DNA of 63,347 nucleotides, counting the filler, from Reclinomonas americana ATCC 50394 (lineage: Eukaryota): the NCBI GenBank assembly GCA_048213135.1. It is 8 parts of 5 records of this genome, joined end to end, with 100 filler letters (N's around TTAATTAATTAA, not from the genome) between each part and the next. Parts side by side here need not be neighbours in the genome. Positions count along the whole stretch, not along the records: positions 31,790 to 38,722 come from PS015430.1; positions 38,823 to 41,287 come from PS015430.1; positions 41,388 to 54,047 come from PS015430.1; 5 more parts are not named here. The stretch is one strand, 5' to 3'. Positions 36,701 through 49,342 of the stretch are shown piece by piece. The notes beneath the pieces are model-generated. The model saw only the letters and a program-made list of their open reading frames with translations. It was not told the origin of the DNA and did no database searches. Positions within the stretch are counted from its first letter, which is position 1; the number at the start of each line of letters is the position of its first letter. Position numbers and translations under genes: made by a program.

Positions 36701-39700
36701 ATCGACTTCTTGCCCAACCTGTTCCAAGCGGCCCCCAGCACCACCGCTACCGGTGCCACCGTGCAGATTGCACTCGACACCACCGGACTGCTTCCCGCCG
36801 CCACGCACTTTTTCCGTGCTGTCGCCATTGCCGGCAACGCACTCCTGTTCGGCGACACTGAGAGCCTCGCCACCGACAACGAGATCGACATCACCACCAG
36901 TGCGGCCACCAGTGTCGGCAGCACCAGAGCCACACTCCACGGCAACGTGGCCAACAAGGGTGCAAACGTTTCGGCCAATTGGTTCCAGTTGATCAGCAGC
37001 GAAGCGGACAGCTTTACGCCATCCGAGTCCACCTTTGCCGGCAGCGACCCTGGCTATGGCGACGGAGTCAAGGCCGAAGCGCACTTGATTGACCCGCAGG
37101 TGCGTGAGCGCTTTGGGACCTATTCTCTTTTTTTCGTCAACAATTCATCGCCACTCATCGACGTTTGCCGACGCAGGGAATTGCGGCCGACAAGAGCGGC
37201 AACCTGTACGTGGCCGAGCGTGGGTATGTTCTTGCTCATCTTGCCGACTGCCGTTGTTGTTGTTGTTGTTGCACCAGTATGAAAACGCTGATTTCTGCAT
37301 GCCCGTCCCTCAGAGCCCATCGTGTGCGCAAGATTAACAGCGCCAATGGTTTGGTCGTGCACTTTGCTGGATCCTCTGGTGGCCAATCTGGTTTCACTGA
37401 TGGAAGCTCGACGAGTGCGCGCTTCATTGCGTTGCGTCTGCATCGCTGTGCATGTGGGTGTGCGTGTTTGCGTAACTGACTGTTGAATGGATAGACCATT
37501 TGGCGTCGCCGTGGACGAGCCGGCCAACGAGGCCGGCGCTGTCTACGTCACCTGTGTTGCGTTTTCTTTCCCCATCACACCCTCAAGTACACATGTGTGT
37601 TGCTAAATGTAACCCGACCGCAGCAACACGCCGTTCGCCGTGTGTCGCTCGCCGATCAGAGCACCACGACGATTGCTGGAGGCGCCGATGCGTGGGGTCC
37701 GATGGCCAGCGAGGAGAGTGGTCCCAAATTCACGGAGCCACGTGGCATTGTCGTCGACAGCGCTGCCGGCGACCTCTATGTGGCCGAGTACGGAGCAAAC
37801 AGCATTCGGTGTGTGTCGCCCATCAACGCCACCTTGTGCACGCATGTGTGCGCGCCCTCACATCATGTTTGCAGCAAGCTGAAGAAGGACGGAACTGGCG
37901 CTGCCGTGTTCTGCGGCAATCGACTCCTCGGTGGCTATGCCACCGGCGGCTGCTCTTCGACTGCCCGATTCGTGACGCCACAGAGTCTGGCGCTGGACAA
38001 GAGCAAGAACATGCTGTATGTAAGCAGCAACAACTGCGTGCTGCGAGTCGACCTGCAGACTCGTGTGTTGTCGCGTGTCATTGGCCAGTGCACCCAAAGC
38101 GGCATCACCGACGGCAACGCGTACACTGCTATGTTTGCTCAGATCACTTCGATCTTCTTCAGCCCGTCGTCGTACGACGCTCTCTACATCGTCGACGTTG
38201 CGTCTCGTCACCGCACGCTGTTGTGTGCACATAACAGGGAGCTGACGACACGCGTGTTTGTAGGTGGGCTTTGGTGGCGTCCGTCGCGTCAACATGCGCG
38301 CACTGACTGTATCGACCTTTGCTGGTCCAAAGGGCGAAACGGGCGGCAATGACGGCGGCAATGACGGAGGCGGAGGCGGCTGCGAGGGTCCCTTCTGCGG
38401 CTGTGAAGGGCCTTTCTGTGGCTGCCCCGGCCCCATGTGCTTCCTCCCGGGTCCGTGCCCGGGTCCCATGTGCCTGCTGCCACTGGCAGTGGTACGTGCT
38501 CCGCTTGTGTGTGCTCTTCGCCCAACCTTCTGTGCCCTCACTCGCAATGCTGTTTGATGATGTCGATGAGCAGGACGCATCAGCTGCGCCGGTGATCACT
38601 GCCACCTTCCAGGATGTGGTACGTTGGCACACGAGCGCTTGGTTTGCCGTGATGTGTTGTTGTTCTCACAAGCCAGCTGCTGCCTCTCCTTCACTCTCTT
38701 TCTCTCTCTCTCTCTCTCTCTCNNNNNNNNNNNNNNNNNNNNNNNNNNNNNNNNNNNNNNNNNNNNTTAATTAATTAANNNNNNNNNNNNNNNNNNNNNN
38801 NNNNNNNNNNNNNNNNNNNNNNTCTCTCTCTCTCTCTCTGCGTGTCACTCGAACAGCGAATGGGAACATTCTCGGATGCAGCTTCCATGTGGCTGACTGG
38901 TCTGTCAAGAAGTGTCGTGTGCAACAGACTTTTTTCTCTTCGTTTTCTGACAGCTGCTATTGCAGAGTCCAAGGAAGGCAAGTTCATCATCCGCCTGCTC
39001 GACCTGCTCCCGCACCGCGTGCCCGCCGAGCCGACCACGACCTCTGGCGGCTCCACACTTGCGCTTTCCACCACGGCCAATGTCACGCCCGCCACGGCGT
39101 ACACGTTCCGTGCAGCGGTTGTCACTGCCACTAGCTCCGTGTTTGCCGGCGAAGCGGCAACGTTCACCACTGGCCCGCTGTGCGTCGTCACCACTGGCGA
39201 CGCGACTGAAGTCAGCAACTACCGCGCGGTGCTGAACGGCAGCGTGACCAACAATGGCGACGTCAGCACGACCAACTGGTTCCAGGTCGGACAAAAAGAG
39301 ACCGATTTTGTGCCCTCGGTGCAGTCGTTTGCCGGAGCAACCTCTCCCGGCTCCAACGACGGCGTTGGCCGCAATGCCAGGTTCCAAGTGCCACGAGTTG
39401 CGTGCTGTACCCCTCTGCTTCTCTCTCTCCGTGTTTGCGACCTCGTGTTGAGAATGCTTTTGCATCGGGCGTAGGGCATCACTGCCGACAAGAACGGCAA
39501 TCTTTATGTGGCGGAATACGAGTGAGTCGGCAAGCATTTTTCTCGCCTTGTGTTCATGCTTCTCACTTCGTCGCCTGCTGCGCACAACAGTGGTAACCGA
39601 GTGCGCAAGGTCAACACAAACACTGGTGCGGTGACGCACTTTGCTGGCTCGAAGACCGCCGAGTCCGGCTTGGTGGATGGCGACTCGCTGACCGCCCGGT

Positions 39701-42700
39701 TCAATAGGTTTCGCCCGTCACTGCAACTTGCATGTTCATCACCCGCTATCTTCTTGCTCAACTGTGCGCGCCCCCTCGCAGCCCAATTGGAATTGCCATT
39801 GACGAGCCTGCCGAAGGCCCGGCCTACCTTTACGTGACAATGGTGAGTGCACACTGCGGAGCGATAATGGCACGAGGCTGCAGCTCACCACACGGGATTG
39901 TGATATCTACTTGCGCAGCTTCACTGCATTCGCCGCGTGGGAATTGCCGATCAGGCGACCACCACCGTGGCCGGCACTGCGGAGGAGTGGTCTCCGGAGC
40001 CGCAGATAAACATTGACGCATTCAGTGCCACGACCACTGCGCTCTTCTCCAACCCTCGCGGTATTGCCGTCGACGGGGCCAATGGCATTCTGTACGTGGC
40101 AGAGACGAGCTCTCATGTCATTCGGTGCGGTTTCCCACCACTTGGCGTCAAGCATATGCTCCTTGATGATTCGTCTCACAATGTTGTCGTGGCACGTGCA
40201 GATCGCTGAACAAGGACGGCACGAATGTGCAAGTCAAGTGCGGCACTCCTAAACAGAGTGGCGTCACNNNNNNNNNNNNNNNNNNNNCCATGTGGATGAC
40301 TGGTATGTATGTGCGTTTACGCTTCCTCTTGTCCACGAAAGCTCACGGTGTTGTTGCTTGCGTATTGCAGACCTGTCGTACGGTGGCCCGCAAGTCGTGC
40401 GCATGGTGACATTTGTTCCCAGCCGCTTTTCCACTGTCCCAGCCATTGCGGCCCCAGGAAGCTCCTCGGCCACATCGGCCCATGCTTACGGTCTCCAGAA
40501 GAAGACCAAGTACATCTACCGCGCCGTCACGGTCACCTCCGAAAACCAGGTGTTTGGTGGCGAGTTCAAGGAATTCACCACCCCGTTCAACAACGTTGCC
40601 CCGACTGGCATCTCCATCTCGGCCAGCAAGTACGATCCGCCGAGCATGGAGGAGGCCTTGATCGGCACTCTCAGCGCCACTGATCCCGACGAGATGGACT
40701 TTGCCGAGTTCTCGATTGTGCCGAATGATAACGACTTCGACCTGTTCGAGATTGGCGAGGACAACACGCTGTGGCTGGTGGCCGAGGGCGTGACCAAACC
40801 GCGCCTGTTTGTCACCATTCGCGCCACAGACATTGGCGGACTGACGCTCGACGTGACGCTGACCATTGTCGGTGAGTTAGTGCAGTCACTGGATTTTTCG
40901 TTCATTGTTCACCGCTAACCGCAACCGCGTTTTGCAGCCACCAACACTGCTCCGACGGCCATCATTCTGTCGGCATCTGAGTACACTCCGCCGTCGTCGG
41001 GCCCGGCTCTGATTGGCTTGCTGTCTGCTGTCGACCCCGACGTCGGTCAGGATCACTCGTATCAAGTGGTCGGTGGCGTCGATGCGGCTCTGTTCAGCGT
41101 GCGTGAAGTGAACCAGCTGTGGCTCGAGGCCTCTGGAATCACCAAGACCCCGCTCTTTGTCACCATCCGCGCAACGGACACTTCGTCGGGAAGCATCGAC
41201 GGCACTTTTGTGGTTTCTAGTGGTGCGCACGCTCGTGCACGAGATCGTCTCGCTGCTTTTTCTCTCACTGATTTTGTGTGACGTGCTNNNNNNNNNNNNN
41301 NNNNNNNNNNNNNNNNNNNNNNNNNNNNNNNTTAATTAATTAANNNNNNNNNNNNNNNNNNNNNNNNNNNNNNNNNNNNNNNNNNNNCGTGCGCGCGCAG
41401 CGGCTGTGGTTGACGTGTCGGAATTCCGCTCCGACCGCGTCACCCTCACCAGCACCATCTTCCTGCAGTCCAACTCGCTGACAACGGCAGTTTTCGAGAT
41501 CGCGCCTCGCGTCACGTTCGGCGTTGTGCTGCAAAACGACATTATTACTGTGCCTGTCACATCGCCCTCGGCTGGACCGTTCTCTGGCGAAAACACGGCC
41601 ACGATGATTGTGTCGACAAAGGTCGCACTGACGCCGGACACGCAGTACTTTGTGCGCATTCGCTACACCGATGCTGTCGGTCTGAAGTCGGGTGTCGGCA
41701 AACCTACTCGCTTTAGCACGCTGCCGGTTTGCACTGGCGGCTTCTTTGGACCGGAGTGTACCGGTATGTGTGTGTGTGCTTCTCTCTCTCTCTTTCTCTC
41801 TGCTCGTGCTTGGACGTTGCTGATCCGCGAGTGACAGGCGTTGCCGAGTCGGCGACCCCGGTATCGATTGGCCCGTTCGGCAGCTCTGTGCTGACGATTA
41901 CCGGCATTTTCTTGACGCCAACTGGTATGCAGCGTTTGCTGTGCTGGAAGAATGTGATTGCTTCGGTGTGCTCACTGCTGCTGCTGCTGCCACGTGTGCA
42001 CAGACATGAAGTTCGTCACCGTGGCCAAGGAGACGGACTGCGCCAACAAGAAGGACCTCACGTCCACTCTTCCGCTGAGTGCGCCGTCGCAAAATCTCAA
42101 GGATAAGTCCACCCTCACCGTGACCGTCACCACGTCACTGAATTTGATCGGCGCCCGCTTCTACCTCTGTGTGCTGTGCGTTGGTGACACTGTCTCACAG
42201 TTCAGTCGTCTTTGCTCAGGCGATCTCACTCTTTTCTTGTATGCCAAACAGACCCACTCTGTGGTCCGACACGTATTTGCCGGTTGGCGGCGGCGGTATC
42301 TCTGTTGTCGGTGCGTTCACAGAGAAAGGCGTGCGTGCGACTCGCGGTACCTTGCCACTCATTCGTACATCGACCGACCGTAGAGCCTGCCTTTTCGAGC
42401 GTGTCGCCAACTGCAATCACCAACCTGGCCCCCACCAGCCTGTCGCTGGTGGGCACCGCTCTGCCGCTGGTCAACGCCGAAGTTGTCCTCCGCCTGCCAG
42501 GCTCCACCTCGCCGTGCACTCCGGACACGGAGGGTGCCACTCTGGAGAGTAACGTGGCCAATGTCCAGCTGGATCGCTCTGCAGCCATTGACGAGACCGG
42601 CACTGCGGTGACCAAGCTTACACCGCAGCTGGACGCGGTGAAGATGACGCCGCCGGTGTATCCGCAGCTCATTGTGTGTGCCAGGTACACGCCGTACACG

Positions 42701-45296
42701 CTCACTTCCAGCATCGTTACCGACGCGTCGTACACTGACTCGATTTTGTGGTCATTCTCATCGTAGGGTGTCGCCACTTCGTCCATTTATTGCATTGCCG
42801 CAACCCATTGCCATGTCAGGTCTGTGATGCAGTGCACATGTTTCTCGCCGCCGCCCCTGCCACCTTTGCACTCAAATCGTATCACCATCAGCACCTGGTG
42901 TCTCGAGCATGGAACCGTCTTTCGTCCGCCCTGGTGTCCCCACCACGGTGACGCTGAGCGGCAACGGATTCCACCCCGACGACAAATTCTACGTGTACTC
43001 GCGGACGCAGTCCATCGGACCTCGCAGCGACCTGCACCAGCGTGCCGTGCAGGGACTGGTGTCGCTCGCCTCTCTTCGGTGAGTATTGCATTGTTCATGG
43101 CGACGCGAGAGGCGCCAGTGTTCTCATGACGCGACACCGCACCCACACGCAGATCGACTCAAATTCTGTGCGGCGGACAAGTGGTCACCGATCCCACCGA
43201 GTTGCAGCAGACCTTTGTGTCTTCTTCCCAGCAGCAGGTGCAGATTGTGTTGCCGGCCGACACAACTAGCTGGGAGCTGTGCGTGCGACACGCCGGTGCA
43301 CAACAGTTGCCGTCGGGCACCCTGACCGGTTTGAGTGGCGTCGGATTCCAGATTGTCAGTTGAGTTTTTGCCGCGACTTGCAAGCATTTTCTGCATTGTG
43401 CGCGACATTCTCTTTTTACTGACCTTGTCACCACCAACAGCCCCAGTGGTGAATCAGGTCGAGCCGCTGCAAATCAGCGTCGGTAGCTCGATTTCGTTGA
43501 CTGTGCGTGGACCTGCTTTGCGACTGGTCGACACCCCGATGCTGGTGCCGGTGACGAACACATCGACCACCTGCGGTGATGTGCCGCCGTCGGCTGTGCT
43601 CAGTGCCATTACGCCCGTTTCGGGTTCCATGACGCTGACGCAGGTGCCGAATACCTCCGACAGGTACTGCTCACCACCACCACCACCACTACTACCACTG
43701 TCTCTCGTGTAAGATTGCCACCCGCCACTCACCCAAGTGTGACTCCCTCATCAGCAATCTGGTGGAGCTGAATCTGCGCCTCAATGTGCCGACTGCCGGC
43801 CAGTACATTGCCTGTGTGCTGGTGCAGCCCGACACTGGTGGTCGCCGCTCTCTGTACGCCGCCTCCGCCTACATGGCGCAGATGAGACAGAGCTTTGTGA
43901 TCACAGCTACGCCGGCTGTCGTTGTCCCACCCCCCACTGACACCGGTTCCACTTCCGGCTCGTCGTCCACCACACTGAGCGGTGAGCGAGTGAATGAGTG
44001 TGCCTGCGCTCGCTGCGGTGAATAGTGCGCTGAGTTTTGGAGTGCTAACTTGGATTATACGCACAGACAACAAGCGTGCCCTCATTATCGGACTGAGCGT
44101 TGGTCTCGGATCATTGGCGCTCATTCTCTTGGCGTTGTTGGTGTGGTTCCTGGTGGCCCGCCGCCGTCGCCAAGAGCGCGATCGCAAGGGCAGATCCACT
44201 ACTACGACCATTGCTCCGCCTTCGGCGCGTGCAACTCCTCGCCGCGACGAAGAGTCGTGGACCGGTGTGCGTCCGATCGATACGGAAATGGGCGACGCGT
44301 CGCGCACCACCCTGCAGCTCATGTCGCCCGAGTCGGCCACCAACGCTGCCATGGCGGGTTTGCCGACGCAGACGCCGTCTGGCATTCCGCTGCTGGCTCA
44401 AATGTCGGACGCCGAGACGCCGCGTATGGGTGGCACGGGCCCTTACAGCTCGTCCTTCTCCGTGCCTGGTGCAATTGGTGTGTTTGTGTTGGTGTGCTTG
44501 TGTGTTCGTGTCTTCTCTGTATTTACAGTCCGCCGCGCAGCTACGAGCCCCGACGCCACATCGCACGCGCATCTGCCATCGCTGCAGGTGGTACCCACTC
44601 CGTCGGGCGTTCCTCTCCTGTCGCAGCAGCAGTCCTCGTCCAGCGACGTCGACACCCCGGTTGGCGGCGATATGCCGCCCACCACCGCTGGTACGTTGTC
44701 GCGTCAACCAACAAAAGAGAGGCGTCCATCACTCATTTGTTGCCTATTGTGTGTTTGCGTGCGATGAACAGGCTCGTCGGTGGCTGTCACGCTGTCGGAC
44801 GTCGACTTCCTGTCACCGACTGGCATGGGGCTTCTCTCCGACGCCGCTCTCCTTCCGTCGCCGGCCGCTGCACCGATCGTGGTCGGACTCGGTGGCCCGT
44901 CGGCCGAAGAGGCTGCTGACGCCCAGGCGCAGGCTCAGGAGAGTCCTGAACCAGACTCGGAGCACTCACGCGGCGAGTCCGAGACGAGCTCGCCCACGTC
45001 GGGCCACACGGCTGCCGACCAGGGTGCTCGCTGGTTGGAGCTGCCGTGGGGATCTCGCTGGTGTGTGCAACAGGAGGATGGCATGGTCACCGGAGCCATA
45101 CAAGCACTGCAGGAGCTGCCGGAGACCGACTACTTTGGCAGCATCGCGCTGCCGTTGGTGGCTCTTCGCTGGATGCATGTGGACACTCGTGGACGGCTTG
45201 CCGAGCTCGACACATTGATGGACGGTGAGTCAATCGTCTCTCACTCTCTGCGCGTTGCTGGCCTCTCTGACCGATGTTCCCTGTGCAGAGCTTTGA
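33717..45296 (+). CDS. Very large type-I membrane protein: at least 4 FN3-like domains each carrying an NHL beta-propeller, 2 cadherin-like domains, EGF-like motif, several Cys-containing Ig-like domains, TM helix, low-complexity tail (5' end missing)
   Basis: NHL repeats (FSSPYGIAVDSATGTLYVAE, GIAADKSGNLYVAE). FN3 ends (TGLQPATTYWYRA..DFTT). Cadherin-like NVAPTGISIS..GTLSATDPD..IRATDIGGL. CTGGFFGPEC. TM LIIGLSVGLGSLALILLALLVWFLVARRRR at ~44080-44170. Ends MDEL*. Spans two linker gaps. Confidence 0.8.
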
Positions 45297-45410
45297 GAAT
45301 GCACAGCACATCCCCCTGCGCAGCAAAGTAGATTGAACAAGTAAATGCCATGCCCCGCGTGTAGCGTCGTTGAAAGTTGTCCGCCGTCAACAGCGCATCC
45401 CACCACACAA

Positions 45411-46622
45411 ATGTGTTCACACGAGCTGGTGACGCACGTCGAGGAGTTTGTGCACAAGCAGATGGCTGGCAACGATGCCAGCCACGACTGGGCACACGTG
45501 CATCGTGTTCGTCGCCTGGCACTGACGATTGCGGTGAGCGTGACATACACACTCTCTTCTCTCTCTTTCTTTCTCTTTCTCTCTCTCTCACACACGCACG
45601 CGCATGTGTGTGCATCTCCGACACACAGGAAAACGAGTCTCGGGAGACTGGTGTGCCGGTGGACATGGAACTTGTTGAACTCGGAGCGCTGTTGCATGAT
45701 GTCGGAGATCGCAAGTATGCCTCTGCAGAGTTGCGGGTGTGCGCACGCGCATATGTGTGTGCATGCTTGTCTCTGAGAGAAGCTGACAGAATGGCGGTAT
45801 GTGGTGCAGAGATGAGGATTGCGTGACGCAGGTGAATCGCTTCCTTCGCCAGCATGACTACTCCGAGGCCAAGCTTGAGAAGTTGGCGTTCATCCTGGAG
45901 AATGTGTCGTTCTCGCAGTTGCGTTGCACGTCTCTCTCTCTCTCTCCCTCTTATGTGTGTGAGAGAACAGTCACCTCACATGTCATCATGCAGCGAGGTT
46001 GCCAGTGGCGGCTCACTGACTGTCACGCCAGAGTTGGCGGCGGTGCAGGATGCAGATCGTCTGGATGCTGTTGCGTCGACACTCATTGTTCTGACACGAG
46101 GCGCCTTGACTTACGCAGCCTCCCCGCCTGCGCAGATTGGAGCCGTCGGCATTGCGCGAGTCATGGCGTACTCGGGGCGCAAGGGACGACCGCTGTACGA
46201 GGCCGAGTTCAACTCGAATCCCGACGGCTTCCTCGTCGAGTGCGAGAAGGCACTGGTACGACGCTATGCATCGCCCTCGCCCACCTTCTCGCTTCTCCAC
46301 TCTTCTCCTCCTTTGCCTGCGCACACATCTCACCGACACGCGCAGAACGACCCGATCGACGTGGCGAAGTACAAGGACGCGCAACGGCGCGACTCCAGCA
46401 TCAAGCACTTTTACGAGAAGCTGTTGAAGCTGCGCAGCATGATGAAGACGGCGGCGGGCCGTCGACTGGCCGACGAGCGTCACCGTTTCATGGAGGCGAG
46501 TGTCCAATCTTTCTTTGTTTACGACGGTTTCTGCGCGCGTGTGGTGTGTATCCTCACGCGCCCTCCTCACTGTGCAGCTCTACCTGGACCAATTCTTTGC
46601 GGAGTGGCGAGGCGAGCGCTAA
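45411..46622 (+). CDS. HD-domain metal-dependent phosphohydrolase, YedJ/YpgQ-like
   Basis: DASHDWAHVHRV, ALLHDVGDRKY, VQDADRLDAIGAVGIAR, HFYEKLLKL..MKTAAGRRLADERHRFMELYLDQFFAEW; 6 introns including one GC-AG. Confidence 0.92.
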
Positions 46623-46744
46623 AGCGCCAATTGTCGGTTTCTGCGATGAACGAATGAACAGTGAGCGCTGCGAAGTAGAAACCGTTTTTTCTTGGGCGTA
46701 TACAGTGATTAGTGATTGAGAAGAGACGCAGAGAGCCGGCGCGC

Positions 46745-49307
46745 ATGTCGAGTCGCCAGGATCGACCAGCCACAGCCAATGGCACCACCAATGGAGCAGT
46801 GCCTGTGCCACTCCACACAGTGGCGGTGTTGCAACTGAACGCGCCGTTGCTGGTTTGTTCCGAACAATCACGCACACACACACACTCTCACTCGCTCACA
46901 CTCACACTCACACACACACACACACAGACACACGGAACGACCGTTCCTCAACTCGCTCCACCCTCTCCCACCGCGCTTCTCCTGGGCGCCCCCGCGTCAC
47001 CTGCGGGCACCGCAATCAACTTTGCGGTGACCTCACCGCGTCTGTTGACGCTCAACGAAGACGGTCCACCGCCTCCACCTCCTCCTCCAGCCACCACCGC
47101 CGCTGTGGGGCACATCCCCGCGCAACAGTTTCGGCGATTTGTGCCTCCACGATCTATGCAGCAGCAAATGGCGACACAGGCGGCGTCGCTCTCGCTGCGT
47201 CTGCGCCGGGATCCGCTGGCCTCGGCGCACCAGCGCGTGCTCAGTCTGCCCATGTCGGCATCAGTGCCTCATATGAGTATGGGAGGCGGCATTGGTGGTG
47301 GTGGCGGTGGAGAGGTTGGATCACCGCGATCGAGAGGACCGGCGACAAAGCATCCGCGCAGTGCGGGTGCCGTGCGGAGTAGCACGGTGGCGAGCAGTAA
47401 CATGTTCCCGGTGATCGCGGGCCAGCCTGGCGTTCAGGTGTGTGCTTCATGCGTGCTGGCATCGATCCTCTCTGTCTCACCGCTGCTTTATTTTTTGTAG
47501 ACACCTCGCGTCTCGTCGGCCATGGCTGCGATCCCGCAAGTGACGGACTCGGCGGAGACTGAGGACGACACGTTTATGTTTAGGTGTGTGTTTGCGAGTG
47601 CTGTGCGGTCGCCGCTGCGGTCCTCCCCCACCCGACTCATCGACATTGTAGGAAATTCAACACGAAAATCCGTGGCCCATACAGCGCCCGTGACCGCGAG
47701 TTGAATCTCGGCATGGTGTCGCCGTATTCTGCGCGGTCTGGCAGTGCGTCGGCTCGTCCAGGTGCGTACTCGATTGCCGATCTCTCGTCTCCGCCGTTCA
47801 CCCGTCTCTCATCGACCTTTCGCAGCGCGCGCCGAATCGGCCGCCTCGTACACGTCGCCGGCGTCACCGTTGCAGCGCAAGCTGGAAAAGTCTCGGCGTG
47901 ACTTGCAACGCGCCTTGGCCACGACGCAGTCGCTGACGGTGGAGACCACGGTCCCTGTCGAACCGGAGGAGCGGTGCAGCATGGAGTGGTACGCCAATGC
48001 GACTCGCAAGAAGATGGGCGAGCTGGTGGAGGCCATTGAGTACTGCTACGAGGAAGCAACAAGTCCACGCGGTGGCTCGGGTCGCCGCGTCAACGCTGTG
48101 CGAGCCATGATGGGTTTGTCACCGCTGCCATCTTGTATCGTCATCTGTGCCTCGCTCACTCCATGGTATCCACAGGCGTCAAGTCACTGGTGAAGACGCC
48201 GCGGACCACAGCGGAGCAACTGGTTGTCGCACGCTTGCGCGACCCTCAGTTCAACGGCTGGCACAATGTCATTCACGAGCACGTCGACACGGTGTTCTCG
48301 CTGCACTCGAGATCCGCACAGCGTCACGACGTGGAGGAGCGTGCCATTGAGCATCAGCAGCACATGTGGACGGTGGTGACGCAGCGCGAGCGTCACGCAC
48401 AGGCAAGTCGGAAGCGTGTGGTAGACATGCTGCACGAAGACGACAAGCTGATGCTGGAGGCGGGGAGGAGGCGCGATCATGTGCTGGAGCAGCGGGCGAC
48501 ACATCGAGCCAATGTGTCGCCGTCGCGTGCCCGGAGTGCCTCCCCACCACGCCCGCAATTACAACAACAACAACAACAACAGCAGCAACATTCACCGCAA
48601 AAGCAACATCACCGGCAGCAGCAGAAGCAGCAGCAATCGGCGCGATCACACCACGGCAACGGCAACGACAATGCCAGCAGTCGACTCTCCATACCACGTG
48701 ATCCGGCCGATCGTGCGGCCGCCGCTTCCACACTGCACTTGTTGGTGCCCGACTCCAGTGCCGGATCGGCCAAGAACGTAACTCGCGCCGTCCTCAATCG
48801 CCTGCTACCGGCGACAGGCACATGAGCTGTTTACGAAGTGAAAAAAAAACGAGCAGACTTCATATCACGTGCGTTCGTCCTCCATACAAGATCCGTCAGT
48901 CTCCGGCGCTCATGGCCGCCACCGCCAGTGACACCGCGGTAGATGACTACGAGAGTGTGGACTTTGACAGCGCGCCGCATCTTGCGCGCCTGAATGAGCA
49001 CGACGAGGCACTGCTGCTCGACTGGATGGAGATGTATGCACCGCAGCGTGACACCACTGTCGTGCAACGATACCGCGGTGCGCGGGCGACGGGCCTCACA
49101 CGCCATGCACTGGTGGTTGATGTGGACTGCCACGCGTGGGAGAACGAGGAGCGGTTTGATCGCTTCTTTGAACACCGCGCGGAACTCACGGTGCGCGGTG
49201 TACACATTCCGCTGGTGGAGGAGGTGCAGAGTGAGGCCGACTGGCTGCGTGTAAGGGAGCTGATGGAGCGTGCGGCCGTGGAGTGGCGTCACGCTGGCTT
49301 CTCCTGA
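46745..49307 (+). CDS. Hypothetical multi-exon protein, largely low-complexity/disordered with coiled-coil segments and a compact C-terminal region
   Basis: ATG at 46745; coding-like exons joined by short GT-AG introns; junction near 48778-48890 inferred; no recognisable domain. Confidence 0.5.
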
Positions 49308-49342
49308 GTGAACTTTCGCTTGCGTTGTTTTTCACTCTTGTC

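Noticed and set aside
45285..45296. C-terminal MDEL as an ER-retrieval signal
   Set aside because: It lies on the cytoplasmic side of the predicted TM helix and is not a canonical K/HDEL.
23596..46622. Stop-codon reassignment or non-GT (TT-AG) introns to explain broken ORFs
   Set aside because: All conserved genes reconstruct with the standard code and GT-AG (one GC-AG) introns; cutting after the G of GTTGCGT would break the frame.
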